This document shows positions 25,039-32,000 of a DNA stretch of 32,000 bases, piece by piece; positions within the stretch are counted from its first letter, which is position 1, and each line of letters begins with the position of its first letter. The DNA comes from an uncultured Nitrospiraceae bacterium (GTDB lineage Bacteria > Nitrospirota > Thermodesulfovibrionia > Thermodesulfovibrionales > Dissulfurispiraceae): the NCBI GenBank assembly GCA_963705105.1, contig CAVPIW010000006.1, positions 922,989-954,988 on the forward strand. The letters run 5' to 3'. The notes beneath the pieces are model-generated. The model worked only from the letters and a program-made list of their open reading frames with translations. It did not search any database and was not told where the DNA came from. A program made the translations under genes and the position numbers.

Positions 25039-25151
25039 CCCTCAGCATCGGGGATCATGGTACAGCGATGCGAAATGCTTGCCCCTTCCGACACCAGGAC
25101 CATGAGGGGGATCGCTTCAGCACTCAAGAAGAGACGGATCGGCGGCCTCAT
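25035..25151 (-). CDS. hypothetical 38-aa upstream ORF overlapping the radical SAM start (ATGA); doubtful
   Basis: MRPPIRLFLSAEAIPLMVLVSEGASISHRCTMIPDAEG. Its stop TGA overlaps the rSAM ATG. There is only a weak SD-like GGTGGA 2 nt before the ATG. The longer track ORF runs into the MITE. Confidence 0.2.
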   Translation of the reverse strand: MRPPIRLFLSAEAIPLMVLVSEGASISHRCTMIPDAEG

Positions 25152-25173
25152 AGTCCACCGGGGCAGCGAGATA

Positions 25174-25391
25174 AACCTTATCGTTGCAATACACTCCCGG
25201 GAAAGGCGGAGCGAAGATGCCACCGCAAGAGTCATTAAGTCATTGAGTCATTAAAGTCATTGTCGGCAGTCGACAGTCGGAACAAGGTCACGAATACCAG
25301 GACGGCCGCGTCGATATAAAAACGATTCCTTTCACTGACACTCACACTGTCACTGTTTTTCAGAGCGCTTTGTCCCGCCTTTGCATGCAAC
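25174..25391 (+). repeat. MITE-like element, copy 7
   Basis: Full-length copy with one hexamer unit fewer than copies 4 and 6. It lies between the rSAM upstream region and the high-GC block. Confidence 0.92.
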
Positions 25392-25536
25392 AGAAAGGTT
25401 AAGAAAGAAACTGTCGGAACCCGGGTATGGGCCGTCCCGTCAAGGCGGCTGTTCATCGCCTGTTCGAGACAGAAACATTTTCCCGTGAGCCCGCCGCCGG
25501 GTCACTGGCAGAGCCGACGGTCGAGACCCCTGCACG

Positions 25537-25986
25537 TCACGTTCCGCGCCGCCCCACGGCGTCGCGCAACGTGGTGATCATGTGCTGCAAGATCGCCATC
25601 AACGCCGCGGCGGTCATACCGAGCATCAGCACGCCGTTCACAGCCTCGAGCGGGCCGAGCAGCCTGCGCTCGCGGCTCATCACGATGTCACCGTAACCGA
25701 GCGACGTGAAATTCACGGCCGAGTGGTAAATCGCGTCGTACGGCTGCTCGAACTCGCCGAGTCCAAGGAAGAGCCCGCCCCACAGAGCGATTTGCACAAA
25801 GTTGCCGACCATCATCACCACCGTCACGACGATCAACGGGGCAATGCCCACCAGGAAGCCGCGGCCACTGCCGATCACCGACGATCGCCCCACGTAGTAG
25901 CGCACGCACCAGAAGGCCACGGCCACCTGCACGATCAGGCACAGCAACGTCACCGGAAGGCCGATCAGAAAATTGACCAGTGTCAT
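25537..25986 (-). CDS. small K+-channel-like protein (TM helices plus pore loop with TSLGYGD)
   Basis: The 149-aa product carries the selectivity-filter-like sequence NFTSLGYGDIV. ATG 25986 overlaps the stop of the upstream gene (ATGA). The track ORF was trimmed from 26073. Confidence 0.8.
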   Translation of the reverse strand: MTLVNFLIGLPVTLLCLIVQVAVAFWCVRYYVGRSSVIGSGRGFLVGIAPLIVVTVVMMVGNFVQIALWGGLFLGLGEFEQPYDAIYHSAVNFTSLGYGDIVMSRERRLLGPLEAVNGVLMLGMTAAALMAILQHMITTLRDAVGRRGT

Positions 25987-27029
25987 GGTGTCTCCTTCGA
26001 TAGGATCATAGAGGTCGCTGCCGGAGGCGATCTCCGGTCGCGCCAGCGCTCGAGCGCCCACACGGTCGCCCATGCGTAGAACGCGACACCGACGAAGAGG
26101 CTCACGCGCATCGCGGCGCCTTCAAGCACGCTCTTGCCGCTTGCGCTGTCCTCGATCGCCGGACCGAGCAGGATCAGCGCGGTGATCAGGGCGTTGCTCC
26201 AATAGGACGGCGGGTACCGGGTGCGCCGCATGCGGTAGAGCGCCGAGCCCGCCCAGAGCGACGCGGCCATCAACCACAGCACGAGCATCCACAAGCTCGG
26301 CCAAAGCGACAGGCCAAGCCAGACCGCGAGCGCGATCAGCGCTCCCATCAGCGTCGAACCGACCAGCTCACGTCCGGCGGTTCGCGCATCGGTCTCGCCG
26401 GCCTGCTGGCCGAGCGCCACCGTCTTCATGATCGCCGCCAGGTAGAATGACGGGTCCGTCAGCGCGAGCACGAACACCGGCATCACGATCAGCGTGCCGC
26501 GCAGCGCGATCCAGCGCGCCATCGCGGGATCCGGCCGGATCCCTTGCCGTGTGGCCCCCGGCGTCGGCGGGTCAGGAAAGACGGCTGCCGACACTGCGCC
26601 GACGAGCGTGCCGACAAGCACGCCGACCGCGAAGGTCTTGCTGAGTACGCCGACCAGAGCCTGCTCGGATACGCCGGCCACCGGAACCAGCGTGAAAGCC
26701 AGAACCAGGACCGTGGTCAGCGGGTTGCGCCTCAACCGCCCGACGAAGAACAGCGCGAACAGCAGCGCCGCGGTCACGAGCAGGCCGGCGAACGCGAAGT
26801 GCTGGAGCAGGGGGACCATCGTTACGCCGGCAGCGACCATCAGCGACAGCGCGCACGCGACGACCACCGCCTTCAGCAGCGGCAGCGGCGGTCCCGGCTT
26901 GGATAGTACGAGCACCGCGAGGATGCAGACGAGGTACGGAGCCTGCAGCGCCATTCCGTAAGCGACAAACGCCGCCAGGCCTGTGCCGACCGTCAGCCGC
27001 AGCGCCGCCTTGTCGCCCCGGGACATCAT
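25983..27029 (-). CDS. polytopic inner-membrane protein, FUSC/DUF2955-like putative efflux component
   Basis: 348 aa and very hydrophobic, with multiple predicted TM helices. It sits directly after a HlyD-type gene with overlapping stop and start. The family name is tentative (from memory). Confidence 0.75.
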   Translation of the reverse strand: MMSRGDKAALRLTVGTGLAAFVAYGMALQAPYLVCILAVLVLSKPGPPLPLLKAVVVACALSLMVAAGVTMVPLLQHFAFAGLLVTAALLFALFFVGRLRRNPLTTVLVLAFTLVPVAGVSEQALVGVLSKTFAVGVLVGTLVGAVSAAVFPDPPTPGATRQGIRPDPAMARWIALRGTLIVMPVFVLALTDPSFYLAAIMKTVALGQQAGETDARTAGRELVGSTLMGALIALAVWLGLSLWPSLWMLVLWLMAASLWAGSALYRMRRTRYPPSYWSNALITALILLGPAIEDSASGKSVLEGAAMRVSLFVGVAFYAWATVWALERWRDRRSPPAATSMILSKETP

Positions 27030-28195
27030 CAGTACAGGTAGGTGACCCAGCTGACGAACCGCATGTAGAACGCGGCGAGCGCATTCATCAGCGGATGGTC
27101 GCCGGTGTAGACCAGCACGTCGGCCTGGCCTCCGACACGCGCCATCTTCAGCCGCGGGAGTTCGGCGGGGTCGAATTCGACGGCGACCGGGATGCGCTGC
27201 GCCTGGCGCAGCCAGTCGCGGCTGTTCTTCACGACCGGCAGCGTTCCGGGCGGCGAAGTCTGCTCGCCGCCGACGCCGATGCCGATGCTGCGTACGCGAC
27301 CCTTCAGCACTTCGCCCGGCAACACGTCGAGCACGATCGCGACCTCGTCGCCGGGACGGACATTGCCGATGTTGTTCTCGGTCAGGTCGGCGCTGATCCA
27401 GAGGTCCTGCATCGCAACTAGCGTCATGACCGGCGCACCGGGCTGCGCGAACTGCCCCACTTCGGTGCGCAAGTCGGTGACGACGCCGCGCACCGGCGCC
27501 AGCACGCGGGTGTGGCGCAGGTCCAGTTCCGCCTTCTCGACAGCCGTCACCGCGCCGCGCAGCTGCGAGTTCTCGCCGCCGCTGCTCCCGGCCGCCTCCT
27601 GGGCTTGCCGCAGGTCGGCTTGCGCACGGTGCACCTTGCTGCGCGCTTCTTCCCGAGAGGCCTGCGCCATTTCCAGCCGGCGCACCGAGATCGTGCCCGG
27701 ATCTTCCCGGTAGAGACCTTCCAGGCGACCCGCATCGCGCTCGGCGAGGTCGAGGCCGGATTCGGCCACCGCAAGCGAGGCCCGCGCCGCGTCGACGGCC
27801 GCCGCCGACGCTTGGACCGAACTGCGGACCGATTCGAGGTCGGTGCGCGCCCGCTCCAACGCGATGCGATAGGGCTGCGTGTCGATGTCGAACAACCGCT
27901 GGCCGGGCTGCACCTCGTCGTTGTTGCGGATGTGCACCGCCGTGACCTTGCCCGCAACCTCGGCCGCCACGGGCACGACAAAGGCCTGCAGGCGCGCCTG
28001 CGACGTGCTTGGCGTCAGGCGGTCGCCGACGAAATAGAACGTGAGGCTCCCCACGATGAGCGCCGCGATTACGACTGCACCCACACGGGTCCCGCGTCCC
28101 GTCGGCGAACTCTTCGCCGGCTCCGCCGCTGTGGTTGCATCCCCAGCCTGGCCGGCGGCCGGCGGAGCGGACGTTGACGCTGGATCCTGGTTCAT
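27029..28195 (-). CDS. HlyD/EmrA-type membrane fusion (periplasmic adaptor) protein
   Basis: MNQDPAS..., a single TM helix (VGAVVIAALIVGSLTFYFV), a coiled-coil region and beta-barrel motifs (VLAPVRGVVTDL, RPGDEVAIVLD). ATG 28195 overlaps the OMF stop (ATGA). The 651-aa track ORF N-terminal extension is rejected. Confidence 0.88.
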   Translation of the reverse strand: MNQDPASTSAPPAAGQAGDATTAAEPAKSSPTGRGTRVGAVVIAALIVGSLTFYFVGDRLTPSTSQARLQAFVVPVAAEVAGKVTAVHIRNNDEVQPGQRLFDIDTQPYRIALERARTDLESVRSSVQASAAAVDAARASLAVAESGLDLAERDAGRLEGLYREDPGTISVRRLEMAQASREEARSKVHRAQADLRQAQEAAGSSGGENSQLRGAVTAVEKAELDLRHTRVLAPVRGVVTDLRTEVGQFAQPGAPVMTLVAMQDLWISADLTENNIGNVRPGDEVAIVLDVLPGEVLKGRVRSIGIGVGGEQTSPPGTLPVVKNSRDWLRQAQRIPVAVEFDPAELPRLKMARVGGQADVLVYTGDHPLMNALAAFYMRFVSWVTYLY

Positions 28196-29796
28196 CTTGT
28201 CTCCTCCGGCAGCGGTGGAAGGAATTCGGTCGCCGGTGACGGAAGGGGCGCCGTCAGCAGATTTCGCCAGTCGCTGCGCTCGGACATCGCTGCCTGCGTG
28301 GCATCGTCGAGCACGGGCCGCAGCCGGCCAGCCTCCCAGCCGCCCCCCAATGCCTTGTACACGGCGATCAGGTTCTTCGCGACGTTGCCCTCGCTTGTCA
28401 CCAGGCGCTCTTGCTGGTTGAACAGCGCGCGTTGCGAATCGAGCACACGCTGAAAGTCGACCAGCCCCTCGCGATACTGAAGGGTGGCGATGTCCAGCGA
28501 GCGGCGCGCCGCCTTTACCGCCTCGCGCAGGATGTCGACCTGCGCGCGACTGCGTGCGAAGCCCGTGGCGACGTCGTCCAGTTCGCGAGCGGCCCGCAGC
28601 ACCACGTCCTGATACTGCTCGTACAGTTGCTGGAAGCCGGCATCCTGTACAAGCACCTGGTTCGTTAGGCGGCCGTAGTCGAACACGTTCCACACCAGCG
28701 CCGGCCCGAGCACCCAGCCGAGCGTGCTGCCCGTCGAACCGACCGAGGCGGCCGACAGCGCTAACGATCCGGCGAGGGCGATCGAAGGATAGAGCGCCGC
28801 CTCGCTGACGCCGATCTGCGCCGACTGCGCGGCCAGCTGCAATTCGGCCGCGCGCACGTCGGGACGCCGGCGCAGCAGCGCAGCGGGCAGCCCGTCGATC
28901 ACGCTTAGCGGCGCATCGGGAATCTTCGCACGCCCACTGCTCATCTCTGTCAGCGGTCCTGGCGGGCGCGCGAGCAGCACGCACAACGCGTTCTGCGCCT
29001 GGCGCAGGCTGCTTTCCAGCTCCGGAATCGTGGCCAGCGTGCTCAGGTACTGCGACCGCGCCTGCTGCACATCGAGTTCCGAGTCGTTGCCGCTGCGGAA
29101 CAGCCGTTCGGTGATCTCCAGACTCCGTTGCTGGAGGGCGGCGTTATCGTGCGCAAAGTCAAGGTGGCGCTCGATTGTGCGGATTGCCGCGTAGAGACTC
29201 GCCGTCTGCGCTGCCACCAGCACCTGGACGTCATCGTACTGCGCGATGCTGACGAAGTACGCGGCGTCGGCGGATTCGATGCCACGCCTGAACTTTCCCC
29301 AGAAGTCGATCTCCCAGGCGATGTCGAAGGCCACTCCCGCAGACCAGTAAGATTGGCCGCGGTCGTCTTCCGCGCGCCTGAAAACCGCTTCGCGGCTGCT
29401 GCTGCCCTCGCTGCCCACGCGCAGCACCTCGCCCGTCACCTGTTGCAGCTGCGGATACAGTGCACTGCCGGCGATGCCGAGCCTGGCGCGCGCCTCCATG
29501 ATGCGCATGCCGGCGATCAGCACGCCGGGATTCACGCGCTGCGCCTCGCCGACCAGGCGGTCGAGCGCAGGGTCGCCGAACGTGCGCCACCACTCGTCGT
29601 GCGGCACCGGGGCGCGAGGCGGCGCGGCGTCGACGAGCGCACGCCACTCCCCGCCCGGCCAGTCCCGCAACCACGGCACCTGCGGGCGCGCGAAATCAGG
29701 TCCGACCGTTGTGCACGCGCCGAGCGCGAGCGCGGCAGCCAGTGCCATCAGTGACAACAGAGGGCCGCGCATCGCGGCCGTCGCCGAGCGTATCAC
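28192..29796 (-). CDS. efflux outer-membrane factor lipoprotein, NodT family
   Basis: Lipobox ALALGAC followed by TTVGPDFARP, the typical NodT/OprM-family N-terminus. 534 aa. The start could instead be Met9 at 29772. Confidence 0.9.
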   Translation of the reverse strand: MIRSATAAMRGPLLSLMALAAALALGACTTVGPDFARPQVPWLRDWPGGEWRALVDAAPPRAPVPHDEWWRTFGDPALDRLVGEAQRVNPGVLIAGMRIMEARARLGIAGSALYPQLQQVTGEVLRVGSEGSSSREAVFRRAEDDRGQSYWSAGVAFDIAWEIDFWGKFRRGIESADAAYFVSIAQYDDVQVLVAAQTASLYAAIRTIERHLDFAHDNAALQQRSLEITERLFRSGNDSELDVQQARSQYLSTLATIPELESSLRQAQNALCVLLARPPGPLTEMSSGRAKIPDAPLSVIDGLPAALLRRRPDVRAAELQLAAQSAQIGVSEAALYPSIALAGSLALSAASVGSTGSTLGWVLGPALVWNVFDYGRLTNQVLVQDAGFQQLYEQYQDVVLRAARELDDVATGFARSRAQVDILREAVKAARRSLDIATLQYREGLVDFQRVLDSQRALFNQQERLVTSEGNVAKNLIAVYKALGGGWEAGRLRPVLDDATQAAMSERSDWRNLLTAPLPSPATEFLPPLPEETR

Positions 29797-30925
29797 TCGA
29801 GGTGCCCGGCGTCCGCGTTGGCCGGCGGGAGCTTCGCCTCCGATTTTTCTCCGCGACCCAGCTCATGAAGAGCTGGTAGCCCAGCGCCAGCAGCGTCGCG
29901 CCGACGAACATCCCGAGAATGCCCGCAGCCGCCATCCCGCCGAGAGCGCCGAGCAGAATGACCGGCATCGGCGCCTCGACCCCGCGGCCCAGCATCAACG
30001 GCTTGAGGACGTTGTCGGCCATGCCCGAGACGATCAACAGCACAGTGTAAGCGATCGCCTCGAACGTCCCGTAGGTGCCGGTCCACCAGATATAGCCGAT
30101 CGCCGGCAGAGTGACGATGAGCGCCGGCACTTGGGCGATGCCGAGCACCAGGACGATGGCCGCCAGCGCGCCCACCCAAGGCACGCCGGCGATCAGCAGG
30201 CAGACGCCGACGATGATGGCCTGAATGAACGCGACACCGATGACGCCTTGAGCGACCGCGCGGATCGTCGCGGTGACAAGCACGGTATACTCGGCGCCGC
30301 GCTCATCGCCCGCGAAGCGCCTGAAGATCGACTCGCAGCTCCGCGCGCCTGCCTCCCCGAAGGCCATGACGATCCCGGCGATGATCAGCGCGGCGACGAA
30401 CAACAGGAGCCCGGTGCCGATGCTGGCGACAAAGCCGAGCGCAGCCTTGGCGATTTCGCCGAGCTTCGGCTGCATGCTCTGCACCAATCCCGGCAGATCC
30501 GCGTAAGCCTGCGACCAGACGGCGTACACCTTACCGCCGACCACCGGCCATTGAGCCACCGATTCGCGCGGTGCCGGAATCTTGAGCGTGTTGTTCTGCA
30601 CGTCGATGATTAACTGTTGCAAGGAGTCGCCCAGCGAACTCATCAGCAGGGCGGTCGGCACGACGATCACCATGAAGCCGAGGAGCACCAGCAGCGTAGC
30701 CGCCAGCCCCTGCTTGCCGCCGATCTTGCGAGCCAACGCCTGATGCAGCGGATACAACGAAACGGCCAGGATCACCGCCCAGATCATCAGCGTCAGGAAC
30801 GGCGAAAAGACCTTAAAGCACAGGAGGGCCAGGGCGAGGATCAGGCCGGCACGAATCAGGACATCCAGCAAAAGGGATGCTAACCGGTGTTCGAGTTCTT
30901 GATCAAGCTGGGGGGGGGTGTTCAT
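29696..30925 (-). CDS. AI-2E family transporter (PerM/YhhT-like permease)
   Basis: 409 aa, multi-TM, with a typical AI-2E layout (FSPFLTLMIWAVILAVSLYPL..., VPALIVTLPAIGYIW...). SD GGAG lies 7 nt before the ATG. The 3' end overlaps the OMF start by ~100 nt. Confidence 0.85.
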   Translation of the reverse strand: MNTPPQLDQELEHRLASLLLDVLIRAGLILALALLCFKVFSPFLTLMIWAVILAVSLYPLHQALARKIGGKQGLAATLLVLLGFMVIVVPTALLMSSLGDSLQQLIIDVQNNTLKIPAPRESVAQWPVVGGKVYAVWSQAYADLPGLVQSMQPKLGEIAKAALGFVASIGTGLLLFVAALIIAGIVMAFGEAGARSCESIFRRFAGDERGAEYTVLVTATIRAVAQGVIGVAFIQAIIVGVCLLIAGVPWVGALAAIVLVLGIAQVPALIVTLPAIGYIWWTGTYGTFEAIAYTVLLIVSGMADNVLKPLMLGRGVEAPMPVILLGALGGMAAAGILGMFVGATLLALGYQLFMSWVAEKNRRRSSRRPTRTPGTSSDTLGDGRDARPSVVTDGTGCRARARRVHNGRT

Positions 30926-30995
30926 GGTTCATCTCCAGTAGTTTAGGAATTTCTTTCAGCATATAGTTGAAAATGTCGCAGGGTCCGTCATACGA

Positions 30996-31268
30996 TCATT
31001 CCCCCTTCGGGAGGTCGGCGTCTCTCGCGACGTATGAAAACCTGAAGAGGGGAAAAGCATGACATCGGCTGCAACCGGCGTTTGCAGGGTCTTTTTTCCG
31101 ATAACTTAGATTGACTGCAGCGTGAAAAGGAATGCCCCGCCAAGTGCGGAATACCCGCTTCAAGATGTTCGGGAAGGTGCAGGTCCGCCGAAAGATCCAA
31201 TAGTAACCGTGCTGCAATTCCTCCGCGGTCATTCTGTTGTGATACTTTGACCGATTTTGCTCCGACAC
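30996..31268 (-). pseudogene. C-terminal remnant of a B12-binding radical SAM (DUF4070-like) gene
   Basis: The translation ...HNRMTAEELQHGYYWIFRRTCTFPNILKRVFR... resembles the C-terminal DUF4070 region. No upstream coding continuation exists on this strand. Confidence 0.35.
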
Positions 31269-31844
31269 GCCTTATCCCATCTATTCGATCTTATCGGAAG
31301 AAATAGGGTAAGTCAAGGAGACAGGCAGCCTTTTGCATCGTTTGGGGGGGAAAGTAACTGTCTCATATTACCGAAACGGGATATCATGCAGCCACTGCAT
31401 GAAAATCAGAATCTGTTATTCAGAGACTACAAGAGTTCCTCTGAAGAAAGCAGCATGACCCCGAAAAAGCAGTTCCGTGAGCGCGCTGATTCCCAGTGAT
31501 AGAACTAAACCGCTGCGCGGTGGTGATGAGTGGTCAGCGCAGTGAAACTGAATAGAGCTTTATTCTCTTTGTAGAGGCGTCCCGTTCGGCTCCCCTTGTT
31601 GAACAATCCCCATCGTCTTACAATCTCCTTTTGGTGTACCTGACGGCATGAGCTGTCGGATATTGATACCAGAGGAGTATCTGCTCTTTCAATGTGCTCA
31701 TGCAACTGTGCTCAGCATCGCATTCCCCCCGAGCGAAGCGAGGGGGGAACGCTGAAGCTCATGGGGAGGCGTGAGCATCACGCCGATCCCATGAAGCGCC
31801 ACGTTATAGTTCACCGTTTCGTTTCATATTGAATAGATACAACC

Positions 31845-32000
31845 TCACGAAAACAAGAAAGAACATACAATAAGCAATATGCCAGCTACGGATGTAAACG
31901 CGGCAAACCTATAGCTACTGTCGAGCAAGTCCATGTTATTCCGCAGTCTTCGATATTCAGCCTCTGAATTCTCAGCGTACTTGTATTCACTATCAAAAAG
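31845..32000 (-). CDS. 3' end of an unidentified gene running off the window (C-terminal TM anchor)
   Basis: Open frame from the window edge: LFDSEYKYAENSEAEYRRLRNNMDLLDSSYRFAAFTSVAGILLIVCSFLFS, stop at 31845-31847. Low-GC sequence. Confidence 0.3.
   Translation of the reverse strand, partial: LFDSEYKYAENSEAEYRRLRNNMDLLDSSYRFAAFTSVAGILLIVCSFLFS

Noticed and set aside
5872-25391. The possibility that the recurring ~220-bp sequences form a CRISPR array or a tandem satellite.
   Set aside because: The repeat units are ~220 bp, separated by 1.3-5 kb of ordinary genes. One is inverted, there are no 25-40 bp repeat/spacer units, and no cas genes are present.
28196-28984. N-terminal 263-codon extension of the HlyD ORF (651-aa version) and other ORFs overlapping the OMF gene.
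   Set aside because: The extension is Arg/Ala/Gly-rich junk that overlaps the NodT-family gene. The HlyD-like sequence, with its TM anchor, starts at Met 28195, which is coupled to the OMF stop.
31257-31705. Short ORFs at 31257-31499 (+) and 31505-31705 (-) in the low-GC right flank.
   Set aside because: There are no ribosome-binding sites and no recognisable motifs, and the region looks decayed. I could not support a group II intron or retron interpretation of the nearby hairpins.

Overview
This is a 32 kb bacterial chromosomal segment. The left ~25 kb is a housekeeping backbone (hand count of one 60-nt line, 21661-21720: 58% GC). It carries an exported hypothetical protein, lipoprotein-radA-thiD on the minus strand, rplM-rpsI, argC, a large secreted HExxH metalloprotease and argJ. 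A long minus-strand run follows: moeA, Zn-PLC-like, pepA, pth, rplY(ctc), prs, tRNA-Gln(UUG), ispE and a TPR protein. Four accessory layers sit on this backbone. (i) There are six copies plus one fragment of a ~215-355 bp MITE-like intergenic element with terminal inverted repeats and internal GTCATT and CACTGA micro-repeats. (ii) One apparently intact IS4-superfamily (IS1634-like) insertion sequence of ~1.95 kb, with a 7-8 bp target duplication, sits at the edge of one such element. (iii) A small secreted-protein gene has its signal peptide and mature part in different frames. (iv) A radical SAM/SPASM enzyme is bracketed by two MITE copies. Just downstream of it lies a self-contained 20-codon Lys/Cys-rich mini-gene with an extended -10 promoter, an SD and an intrinsic terminator. 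This fourth locus is my best candidate for an undescribed (RiPP-like) system, but the evidence is circumstantial. The right ~5.5 kb (about 25.4-30.9 kb; 70% GC in line 26041-26100) is compositionally foreign. It holds an AI-2E-family transporter and a four-gene translationally coupled operon: outer-membrane factor, HlyD-type adaptor, FUSC/DUF2955-like membrane protein and a K+-channel-like protein. After it comes a low-GC decayed region (43% GC in line 31861-31920) with a radical-SAM C-terminal remnant. I saw no rRNA, CRISPR array or cas genes. Most long ORFs in the supplied track that overlap these genes on the opposite strand are high-GC shadow ORFs.
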